Source of the DNA: Anaerolineae bacterium
Lineage (GTDB): Bacteria; Chloroflexota; Anaerolineae; JAAYZQ01
Direction of reading: 5' to 3'
NCBI GenBank assembly: GCA_034434895.1
Contig: DAOTYI010000280.1
Coordinates: 1-46,647, forward strand
DNA: 46,647 nt
In this document: positions 16,123-24,245 of the stretch, piece by piece
How the letters are laid out: each line of letters begins with the position of its first letter
Numbering within the stretch: the stretch's first letter is position 1
The notes under the pieces: generated by a model
The model's input: only the letters and a program-made list of their open reading frames with translations
Databases searched by the model: none
What the model was told of the DNA's origin: nothing
Made by a program: the position numbers and the translations under genes

Positions 16123-17574
16123 ATGGGTACGCAGGATCGGGTGGTGATCATCGGCGCCGGGCCAGCCGGGTTGACCGCCGCCTACGAGTTGACCCGACAC
16201 GGCCGGACGGCAACCATCCTGGAGGCCGATCCGACCTACGTCGGCGGCATCTCGCGGACGGTGGAATACAAGGGCTATCGCTTTGACATTGGCGGCCATC
16301 GCTTCTTCACCAAGAGCCAGGAGGTGAGGGACCTGTGGTACGAGGTGCTCGGCGATGACTTTATCACCCGCCCCCGCCTGTCCCGCTGGCTGTACAAGGG
16401 CAAATTCTTTGACTATCCGATCCGTCCCCTTGAGATCTTGAGGGTGTTTGGACCCTGGCAATCGTTGCGGATGCTTGGTTCCTATCTGCGCAGCCGCCTG
16501 TTTCCGATCCGGCCGGAGGTTACCCTGGCCGACTATTACATCAATCGCTTCGGGCGCTTTTTAGCCCGGCCCTTTTTCATCGAGTACAATGACAAGCTGT
16601 GGGGCATGTCCTGCCGGCAACTCAGCCCCGATTTTGCCCGCCAACGGGTGATGGGCCTCTCCTTCACCAATGCTCTCCTGGTCCCCATCCGACAAAAATT
16701 TGGATTGAAGGGCAGAGATGCCGTCAAAAGTTTTGTCTCCGAATTCCAGTATCCCCGCTATGGGCCGGGGATGATGTGGGAGGCCTTCCGGGACCGGGTG
16801 GTGGCCGCCGGCTGTGCGCTGCACATGGACCGGCGGGTGGTGCAGGTGCGTCACGACGGGCAGCGCATCCTTTCCCTGGTGGCCGAGAGTGGATCGGGGG
16901 AGCGGTTCGAGTACCAGGGTGAGTATCTTCTTTCCACCATGCCCCTGCGCCAGTTGATCCTGTCCCTGGACCCGCCGCCCGACACAGAGGTGTTGATGGC
17001 TGCCCGTGGCCTGCGATTGCGCGATTTCATCACTGTGGCGCTCATCGTCGCCCGACGCAACCTGTTCCCCGACCAGTGGATCTATCTGCACGATCCCGGT
17101 ATGAAACCGATCCGGATGCAGAATTTCAACAACTGGAGTCCCTACCTGGTGCCCGACCCGGAGACCACCTGTCTGGGCTTTGAGTACGTCTGCACCCGGG
17201 GCGACGAGCTATGGCAGATGAGCGATGCCCAGTTGATCGAACAGGCTACGTTGGACCTGGTGCATACCGGCTTTGCCCGGCGGGAGGAGGTGATAGACGG
17301 TGCGGTGGTCCGTTCCCTGGACGTGTACCCGGTCTACACCCTGGACTACAAAGAGCGGGTGATGACCCTCCGCAACTACCTGGCCCGCTTCAACAATCTG
17401 TTACCGTACCACCTCCAGGCTGTGGGCCGGGCCGGGATGCATCACTATAACAATTCGGATCACTCGATGATGACCGCGTTGCTGGCGGTGCGCAACCTGC
17501 TGGGCCAGGGGCCGTTCGATCCCTGGCTGGTCAACGTTGATGGGGAGTACCACGAGGAGGATGCAGGCCGATGA
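16123..17574 (+). CDS. NAD(P)/FAD-dependent oxidoreductase (amine-oxidase/UDP-galactopyranose-mutase-like flavoprotein)
   Basis: VVIIGAGPAGLTAAYEL dinucleotide-binding motif, then EADPTYVGGISRT..YKGYRFDIGGHRFF. Substrate unknown. Confidence 0.72.
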   Translation: MGTQDRVVIIGAGPAGLTAAYELTRHGRTATILEADPTYVGGISRTVEYKGYRFDIGGHRFFTKSQEVRDLWYEVLGDDFITRPRLSRWLYKGKFFDYPIRPLEILRVFGPWQSLRMLGSYLRSRLFPIRPEVTLADYYINRFGRFLARPFFIEYNDKLWGMSCRQLSPDFARQRVMGLSFTNALLVPIRQKFGLKGRDAVKSFVSEFQYPRYGPGMMWEAFRDRVVAAGCALHMDRRVVQVRHDGQRILSLVAESGSGERFEYQGEYLLSTMPLRQLILSLDPPPDTEVLMAARGLRLRDFITVALIVARRNLFPDQWIYLHDPGMKPIRMQNFNNWSPYLVPDPETTCLGFEYVCTRGDELWQMSDAQLIEQATLDLVHTGFARREEVIDGAVVRSLDVYPVYTLDYKERVMTLRNYLARFNNLLPYHLQAVGRAGMHHYNNSDHSMMTALLAVRNLLGQGPFDPWLVNVDGEYHEEDAGR

Positions 17575-19040
17575 GATGGAACAGGTTGCCCACAGCCGGT
17601 CTGCGACCCGCGGCCGGCGGCGGTCACAGACCGCCGGGGAGCACAAACCTCCATCTGCTGCTGCTGGGTGGTTGGTTGGTGATGGCGATGATGGTTGCGG
17701 CCTGTGAGCCGCAGCCCGGCACGCCCACTGTTCCAACAGGCCCGACGGCCCTTCCGCCAGGTCCGACGCCGACCCAACCGCCTCCCTCACCCACACCCCG
17801 TCCGACCGAGACGCCTGTGGCCCCGATAGAGGGGGGAGTGATCGGCGCCCAGGTGGGGCCGGAGCAGGTGGAGATGGTGTGTGCCGGGTTGCAACGGAAC
17901 GGAGTGGCTGCAACGGCCCTGTGGTTGCGTTGGGGCGATGTGGACCCGGGCAACGGGCGCTACGCCTGGGACGAGCTGGACCGCCAGGTGGAGGGGTTGC
18001 GTGCCTGTGGCCTGGAAGTGGCGCTTCACGTCCAGGCCCGCCGCCAGGGTGAACTCTCGGCCCTGCCGCCAGACCTGGAGGAGTATGCCCGTTTCCTTAC
18101 CGCCCTGGCCACCCACCTGAAGGGACGGGTGCGCCGCTATTCCGTCGAAAACGAGGCCGTGTCGCCGGCGTCCTGGGGCGATTCGGCGGACGACTATTTC
18201 CGGCTTCTGGACGCTGCCTACCCGGCCATCAAAGCCGCCGACCCGGAGGCCATTGTGCTCAACAGCGGCCTGTCGAGCGCGGCCCTGGGCATTGCCCGGG
18301 CGCATGACCTGTATCAGGCAGGACAGCGCCCCCAGGCCCTCCATCTGGTGCAGCAGACTCTGGCCGAGTCGGCCGGGGGGCTGGCCTGGCGCATTCCGCA
18401 GAGCGAAGAGGACCTGGACCTCCTCTTTCAGGACCCGGTGGCGGCGCGGGCCGTTGCCTGGCTGCCCCTGCTGATCCAGCACCAGGGCAGCTACGATGCC
18501 TTGCAGTTCCACTACTACGGGCCGGCGTCGCAGTTGCCCGATCTGCTGCGCTGGCTGCGCCAGCAGGGCCTCAACAAACCCCTGGAGGCGTGGGAGTTAG
18601 GCCGGCGCTACCAGGGCCAGGTCGCTTTTGACGAGGCCGCACACGCTCAGGAGACCGCCCGGCTGCTGGTGGCGGCCGCCGGTGAGGGGTCGCGCTTCAG
18701 CCTCTTTGTCCGCTTCCTGGAATGGCCGCAGAAGGGGCTGCCCGGCCTGGCAACCCGGCAGGGGCCACGCCCGGCTGCCGTGGCCTTCCGCGTCGTCGCC
18801 CAAAGCCTGAACGGCTTCCTGGCAGTGGAACGGCTGGACCTGGGTGCAGGGGTGTGGGCTTACCGCTTCACCCGACCCCAGGGCGACCTGTATGTGTTGT
18901 GGACCGATGGCGGCCAGGCGAGCGTGAGCCTGCCCCTGACAGAGGGGGCAGTGAATGTCACCGACATCGAAGGGCAGACGGCGACGGCTGACCCCTCGCA
19001 GTTGGAGATCGGCCCCAGCCCGGTGTTTGTCAGCCCATGA
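17571..19040 (+). CDS. putative secreted lipoprotein, glycoside-hydrolase-like (clan GH-A TIM-barrel suspected)
   Basis: The N-terminal hydrophobic segment ends in a lipobox-like MVAAC, followed by a Pro/Thr-rich linker. VRRYSVENEA resembles the Asn-Glu acid/base strand of clan GH-A enzymes. The functional call is weak. Confidence 0.4.
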   Translation: MRWNRLPTAGLRPAAGGGHRPPGSTNLHLLLLGGWLVMAMMVAACEPQPGTPTVPTGPTALPPGPTPTQPPPSPTPRPTETPVAPIEGGVIGAQVGPEQVEMVCAGLQRNGVAATALWLRWGDVDPGNGRYAWDELDRQVEGLRACGLEVALHVQARRQGELSALPPDLEEYARFLTALATHLKGRVRRYSVENEAVSPASWGDSADDYFRLLDAAYPAIKAADPEAIVLNSGLSSAALGIARAHDLYQAGQRPQALHLVQQTLAESAGGLAWRIPQSEEDLDLLFQDPVAARAVAWLPLLIQHQGSYDALQFHYYGPASQLPDLLRWLRQQGLNKPLEAWELGRRYQGQVAFDEAAHAQETARLLVAAAGEGSRFSLFVRFLEWPQKGLPGLATRQGPRPAAVAFRVVAQSLNGFLAVERLDLGAGVWAYRFTRPQGDLYVLWTDGGQASVSLPLTEGAVNVTDIEGQTATADPSQLEIGPSPVFVSP

Positions 19041-20713
19041 CCTCTCCTGTTTTCCCCTCTGCGCCACGGCGGGTGATGATCATCGGCCTGGATGGCGCCA
19101 CCTGGCAACTGGCCCGCCCCTGGGCCGAAGCCGGTCACCTGCCCACCTTCCGCCGTCTGATGGCCGAAGGGGCCTGGGGGACGCTGCAAAGCGTCCTGCC
19201 CCCGGTGACCCCTGCCGCCTGGAGCAGCTTTGCCACCGGCCTGAACCCCGGCAAACATGGCCTGTTCGACTTTGTGGGGCGGCGGGATGGCTCCTACGAG
19301 ACCTATGTGGCCAATGCTGGCTACCGGGATGGGGTGCCGCTCTGGCAACTGGCCGGCCGGGCCGGCCGGCGCGTCACCGTGTTCAACGTGCCGGCCACCT
19401 ACCCGCCCGATCGGGTGAACGGGCTGATGGTCAGCGGCTTCCTGACGCCGGCCCACGCCACCGACGCCGCCTGGCCTCCTGAGCTTCAGGCTGAACTGGC
19501 CCGGGCCGTGCCGCAATTTACCTTCTATCCGCCCAACATCTACTCCCCCGGCCATGAGGCCGAATTCATCCAGGCCATCTCCGACCTCAACCGGGCCACC
19601 CTGGAGGCGGTGCGCTACCTGCTGCGCCGCCAGCCGTGGGACCTGTTTGTCGCCGTCTTTATGGGTACCGACGTGATCCAGCATTTCCTGTGGGGCCCTA
19701 TGGCACAGGGGGAGGGGGAGCTGGCCGGGGCGATCCTGGACTGCTACCGGCAGATGGACACGGCCCTGGAGGAGCTGGTTGCCGGCCTGGGGCCGGACGA
19801 TTATCTGGTCGTGATGTCGGACCATGGTTTCGGGCCGTTGAGCCACTATGTCCATGTCAACGCCTGGCTGGCCGGGCACGGCTACCTCAAATTCAGGCGC
19901 AATCCGCTGTCGGCGCTCAAAGCGGTGGCCTACCGCCTGGGCTTTACACCGCTGGGGGTGTATGAGAGGCTGCGGGCGCTGGGCCTGGGCGGTCGGATGC
20001 AGGAGACGGCCAGCCGACGGAACGAGTGGCTGAAGGCGATGGTGCAAAAGCTGTTCCTCTCCCTGCCCGATGTGGACTGGAGCCGCACGCGGGCCTATTC
20101 CCTGGGCTTTGGCGGGCCGATCTTTGTCAACCTGCAGGGCCGCGAACCGCAGGGGATCGTCGCTCCGGGCGCCGGGTACGAGGCGTTGCTGGCGCAGATC
20201 GAGGCTGACCTGCGGCAGACGGTGGACCCGGTGACCGGCCGGCCTTTCGTGGGGCAGGTCTATCGCCGCCAGGAGCTATACACCGGCCCGCACGCCGACC
20301 ACGCCCCCGATCTGATCTTTGTGCCCGCCGATTGGGCCTGCCAGCCCTTTGGCACCCACGAGTTTGCCTCCCACCGCTGGCTGGAACCATGCCGTGACCG
20401 CAGCGGTACCCACCGCCTGGACGGCCTGCTGCTGCTGTGGGGACCGGGCGTCCGGCGCGGCGTCCAGGTCGAAAGGGCGGCCATTGTGGATGTGGCGCCT
20501 ACCGTGTTGGCCCTGCTGGGCGTGCCGATCCCAACAGGGATGGATGGTCGGGTGCTGTCTGCCGCCCTGGAGGACAGTTTGCTGACAGCTCTCGACATAA
20601 GATATGACCAGGCAGAAGAGGGAATCTCTGTCCATCGCCCGCTGCCGGACATGAGCCAGGAGGATGAAGAGCTGCTGCGGCACCACCTGCGCGGCCTGGG
20701 GTATGTGGCATGA
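19037..20713 (+). CDS. alkaline-phosphatase-superfamily protein, type I phosphodiesterase/nucleotide pyrophosphatase family (paralog 1)
   Basis: IIGLDGATW (metal Asp), PPVTPAAWSSFATG (Thr nucleophile context) and VMSDHGFGP (metal His) match the NPP/PF01663-type core. C-terminal tail EDEELLRHHLRGLGYVA. Confidence 0.8.
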   Translation: MTSPVFPSAPRRVMIIGLDGATWQLARPWAEAGHLPTFRRLMAEGAWGTLQSVLPPVTPAAWSSFATGLNPGKHGLFDFVGRRDGSYETYVANAGYRDGVPLWQLAGRAGRRVTVFNVPATYPPDRVNGLMVSGFLTPAHATDAAWPPELQAELARAVPQFTFYPPNIYSPGHEAEFIQAISDLNRATLEAVRYLLRRQPWDLFVAVFMGTDVIQHFLWGPMAQGEGELAGAILDCYRQMDTALEELVAGLGPDDYLVVMSDHGFGPLSHYVHVNAWLAGHGYLKFRRNPLSALKAVAYRLGFTPLGVYERLRALGLGGRMQETASRRNEWLKAMVQKLFLSLPDVDWSRTRAYSLGFGGPIFVNLQGREPQGIVAPGAGYEALLAQIEADLRQTVDPVTGRPFVGQVYRRQELYTGPHADHAPDLIFVPADWACQPFGTHEFASHRWLEPCRDRSGTHRLDGLLLLWGPGVRRGVQVERAAIVDVAPTVLALLGVPIPTGMDGRVLSAALEDSLLTALDIRYDQAEEGISVHRPLPDMSQEDEELLRHHLRGLGYVA

Positions 20714-20747
20714 GGCAGGAGGGAAGAGGGAAGAGGCAGGAGGCAAG
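20714..20747 (+). promoter_or_regulatory. 34-nt polypurine spacer with stacked SD-like motifs (repeated at 22461..22494)
   Basis: GGCAGGAGGGAAGAGGGAAGAGGCAGGAGGCAAG lies between the TGA and the ATG. It contains only G, A and a few C, with two or three GGAGG cores. Confidence 0.5.
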
Positions 20748-22460
20748 ATGCAGGATACGCAATATGCAATCCGCAATCGAGTGATGGTGTTGGGGGTGGA
20801 TGGGGCGACGCTGGACCTGATCCTTCCCTGGGCTGAGGCCGGCCTGCTGCCCACCTTTGCCCGCCTGATGCGCCAGGGCAGTTGGGGGGTGCTGCGCAGT
20901 GTCGTGCCGCCGGTCAGCCCCACCGCCTGGAGCTCCTTTCTGACCGGCATGAATCCCGGCCGGCATGGCGTGTACGACTTTATCGGCCGCCGCCCGCGCA
21001 CCTACGAAAATCAACTGGCCAACGCCAGTTATCGCAGCGGTGCCTCGCTGTGGGGGCTGCTGAGCCGGGCTGGCCGACGGGTGACGGTCTTTAACGTGCC
21101 CCTGACCTACCCGGTCGAGCCGGTGAATGGGCTGTTCGTCAGCGGGCTGATGACCCCGGCCGATGCGGCCGACGCCACCTGGCCGCCGGAGTTGCTGGAC
21201 GACATCCGCCGTGCCGTGCCGGCCTTTAACTTTTCGCCGCCCAGCCTGATGCTGCCCGGCCAGGAGGCCGGGTTTGTGCAGGCCGTTGCCGACCTGAACG
21301 AGACGACACGGCGGGTAGCCCGCTATCTGTTGACGCGCCAGCCGTGGGATTTTTTCATGGCCGTCTTTATGGGCGCTGATATAATCTGCCATTTTCTGTG
21401 GAAGCAGATGGCCGAGGCCCGGCCGGACCACCTGGCCGATGCTGTCCAGAACTGCTATCGTCAGATTGACGCCGCCCTGGGCGAGCTGATCGAGATCGCC
21501 GGTCCAGAGACGCACCTGATCGTCATGTCGGATCACGGCTTCGGCCCGTTGGAACGGCAGATACATCTTAACTCCTGGCTGCTGGAGCGGGGCTATCTGG
21601 CCCTCAAGTCGGAACCGGCAACCCGGCTCCGTTCCCTCCTCTACCGCCTGGGCATCACCCGCATGGCCCTGTCGGAGCTGTTGCGCCGCCTGGGGCTGGG
21701 GGAGCGGCTGCGTCGCGCCGGGCGGTATGAGGAGCTGCGCCGCGCCGGGTTGGGGGTGCGGCAGCAAAGGACCGGCCCGCTCCGAGAGCTGGTCAGGCGG
21801 GTCTTTCTGACCATGTCCGACGTGGACTGGTCGCGCACCCGGCTCTTTTCCATCGGCTTTGCCGGGCCACTCTATGTCAACCTGAAAGGGCGCGACCCGC
21901 ACGGCATCGTCGCGCCGGGGGCCGAATACGAGGCGTTGCTGGCGCAGGTAACCGCCGACCTGAGGGCGCTGCGTGACCCACAAAGCGGCGAGCCGCTCAT
22001 CGGCCCCATCTACCGCCGCCAGGAGTTGTACCACGGGCCGCGCGCCGACGAGGCTCCCGACCTGATCTTGATGCCGCGTGACGAAAAAAATGCGCTGACC
22101 GGCATGCTGGAATTTGCCTCGCGCCGCTGGCTGACGCCGGTGCCGGAGCGGACCGGCACCCACCGCATGGACGGCATCCTGTTCCTGGCCGGGCCGGGCA
22201 TCCGCCCCGGCGTCCACCTCGACGACTCATCCATCATGGATGTCGCTCCCACCATCCTGGCGCTGCTGGGCCAGCCGATTCCCACGACGATGGACGGCCA
22301 CGTCCTGGAAAAGGCCATGACCGACGAACTGCGCGCCTCCCTGGAGATCACCCGCACAGCGGTGGAGGAATCCTGGGTTCCCGGCCGATCTGTCGCTTTC
22401 GATGATGAGGAAGAAGCCCTGTTGCGCGAACGGCTGCGCGGTCTGGGGTATGTGGCATGA
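20748..22460 (+). CDS. alkaline-phosphatase-superfamily protein, type I phosphodiesterase/NPP family (paralog 2)
   Basis: From ATG 20748 (MQDTQYAIRNRVMVLGVDGATLD). PPVSPTAWSSFLTG (Ser at the nucleophile position) and VMSDHGFGP. Tail DEEEALLRERLRGLGYVA. The ORF-track start at 20664 overlaps paralog 1 and is rejected. Confidence 0.8.
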   Translation: MQDTQYAIRNRVMVLGVDGATLDLILPWAEAGLLPTFARLMRQGSWGVLRSVVPPVSPTAWSSFLTGMNPGRHGVYDFIGRRPRTYENQLANASYRSGASLWGLLSRAGRRVTVFNVPLTYPVEPVNGLFVSGLMTPADAADATWPPELLDDIRRAVPAFNFSPPSLMLPGQEAGFVQAVADLNETTRRVARYLLTRQPWDFFMAVFMGADIICHFLWKQMAEARPDHLADAVQNCYRQIDAALGELIEIAGPETHLIVMSDHGFGPLERQIHLNSWLLERGYLALKSEPATRLRSLLYRLGITRMALSELLRRLGLGERLRRAGRYEELRRAGLGVRQQRTGPLRELVRRVFLTMSDVDWSRTRLFSIGFAGPLYVNLKGRDPHGIVAPGAEYEALLAQVTADLRALRDPQSGEPLIGPIYRRQELYHGPRADEAPDLILMPRDEKNALTGMLEFASRRWLTPVPERTGTHRMDGILFLAGPGIRPGVHLDDSSIMDVAPTILALLGQPIPTTMDGHVLEKAMTDELRASLEITRTAVEESWVPGRSVAFDDEEEALLRERLRGLGYVA

Positions 22461-22494
22461 GGCAGGAGGGAAGAGGCAGGAGGCAGGAGGCAAG

Positions 22495-24171
22495 ATGCAG
22501 GATACGCAATATGCAATCCGCAATAAAGTGATGGTGTTGGGGGTGGATGGGGCGACGCTGGACCTGATCCTCCCCTGGGCCGAGGCCGGCCTGCTGCCCA
22601 CCTTTGCCCGCCTGATGCGCCAGGGCAGTTGGGGGGTGCTGCGCAGTGTCGTGCCGCCGGTCACCCCCACCGCCTGGAGCTCCTTTCTCACCGGCAGCAA
22701 CCCCGGTCGGCACGGCCTGTACGACTTTGTCGGGCGGCGGCGGGGTAGTTACGACAACTGGCTGGCCAACGCCACCTATCGCAGTGGTGCCTCGCTGTGG
22801 GGGCTGCTGAGCCGGGCCGGCCGGCGGGTGACGGTCTTTAACGTGCCGCTGACCTACCCTGTCGAGCCGGTGAACGGGCTGCTTGTCAGCGGGCTGATGA
22901 CCCCCGCCGACGCCAGTGACGCCACCTGGCCGCCGGAGCTACTGGACGACATCCGTCGTGCCGTGCCGGAGTTTAACTTTTCCCCGCCCGGTGCCTTTTC
23001 GCCGGGTGAAGAGGCCAGGTTCGTGCAGGCCATCGCCGACCTGAACGAGACCACCCGGCAGGTAGCCCGCTATCTGTTGTCGCGCCAGCCGTGGGATTTC
23101 TATATGGCCGTGTTCATGGGCACCGACATTGCCGGGCATTTCTCGTGGAAGGCGATGGCCGATGGCCAGCCGCCGGAGTTGGCCGGCGCCATCCAGGATT
23201 GTTACCGGCAGGTGGATGCGGCCCTGGCCGGGTTGATCGAGGCTGCCGGGCCGGATGTGTACCTGATCGTCATGTCTGACCATGGCTTTGGTTCGCTGGA
23301 CCGTTACCTGCACATCAACGCCTGGCTGCGGGAGCGGGGCTATCTGAAACTGAAGCGGACCCCTGTCACCTGGCTCAAGCGAGCCTTCTACCGGCTGGGC
23401 CTTACCCCGCTGGCCGTCTACCGGGCGCTGCGCCGCCTGGGATTGGGGGAGCAGATACGCCGGGCCGGCCGGCAACGTTCCACGCTGGTCCAGAAGCTGC
23501 TCAAGCGCAGCTTCCTGTCGTTTGCCGATGTGGACTGGTCGCGCACCCGGCTCTTTTCCATCGGCTTTGCCGGGCCGCTCTATGTCAACCTGAAGGGCCG
23601 CGAGCCACACGGAATCGTTGCGCCGGGGGGCGAGTATGAAGCGTTGCTGGCGCAGGTGACTGCCGACCTGCGGGCGTTGCGCGACCCGGCAAGTGGTGAG
23701 CCGCTCATCGGTCCCATCTACCGCCGCCAGGAGCTGTACCAGGGCGAACGTGCCGACGAGGCCCCCGACCTGGTATTCCTGCCCCGCGATATGAGGGACG
23801 GCACCTTTGGCCTGATGGCCTTTGGCTCCAACCGCTGGCTGACGCCAGCCGCCGACCGGACCGGTACCCACCGCATGGAAGGGGTCCTGTTCCTGGCCGG
23901 GCCGGGCATCCGCCAGGGGGTGCATCTGGACGAGTCATCCATCCTGGACATTGCTCCCACCGTCCTGGCGCTGCTGGGCGTGCCCATCCCGGCGACGATG
24001 GATGGTCAGGTCCTGGGAAAGGCCATGACCGATGAACTGCGCGCATCTCTCGACATAACGTATCTGGCTCCGGCTGAGGAGCCTCTGCCGGTCGGCCTGC
24101 CCACCGACTTTGAGAGGGTGGAAGAGGAGCGGCTGCGTGAACACCTGCGCGGCCTGGGCTATGTGGCTTGA
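22495..24171 (+). CDS. alkaline-phosphatase-superfamily protein, type I phosphodiesterase/NPP family (paralog 3)
   Basis: From ATG 22495. The first ~200 nt differ from paralog 2 at only about 6 positions in my manual alignment. PPVTPTAWSSFLTG and VMSDHGFGS. Tail VEEERLREHLRGLGYVA. Confidence 0.8.
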   Translation: MQDTQYAIRNKVMVLGVDGATLDLILPWAEAGLLPTFARLMRQGSWGVLRSVVPPVTPTAWSSFLTGSNPGRHGLYDFVGRRRGSYDNWLANATYRSGASLWGLLSRAGRRVTVFNVPLTYPVEPVNGLLVSGLMTPADASDATWPPELLDDIRRAVPEFNFSPPGAFSPGEEARFVQAIADLNETTRQVARYLLSRQPWDFYMAVFMGTDIAGHFSWKAMADGQPPELAGAIQDCYRQVDAALAGLIEAAGPDVYLIVMSDHGFGSLDRYLHINAWLRERGYLKLKRTPVTWLKRAFYRLGLTPLAVYRALRRLGLGEQIRRAGRQRSTLVQKLLKRSFLSFADVDWSRTRLFSIGFAGPLYVNLKGREPHGIVAPGGEYEALLAQVTADLRALRDPASGEPLIGPIYRRQELYQGERADEAPDLVFLPRDMRDGTFGLMAFGSNRWLTPAADRTGTHRMEGVLFLAGPGIRQGVHLDESSILDIAPTVLALLGVPIPATMDGQVLGKAMTDELRASLDITYLAPAEEPLPVGLPTDFERVEEERLREHLRGLGYVA

Positions 24172-24189
24172 ATGGTAACTACCTGCCCG

Positions 24190-24225
24190 CTACCCTGCCG
24201 CAGGTTTTAACCTGCTGGAGGGTAG
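24190..24225 (+). terminator. hairpin after paralog 3 (terminator-like), with the same core sequence as the palindromic insert at the ACP start
   Basis: CTACCCTGCCGCAGG (24190..24204), loop TTTTAA, CCTGCTGGAGGGTAG (24211..24225). This is a 15-bp stem with 2 mismatches. Compare CTACCCTCCCGCAGG at 8397..8411. Confidence 0.4.
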
Positions 24226-24245
24226 GCGGTTACTTTGAATGACGA

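Noticed and set aside
19037-24171. The AP-superfamily paralogs considered as PglZ-type components of a BREX-like phage-defence system.
   Set aside because: There is no methyltransferase, ATPase, Lon-like or BrxA/B/C-like gene nearby. The sizes and motifs fit NPP-type phosphodiesterases, and the neighbourhood is entirely envelope biosynthesis.
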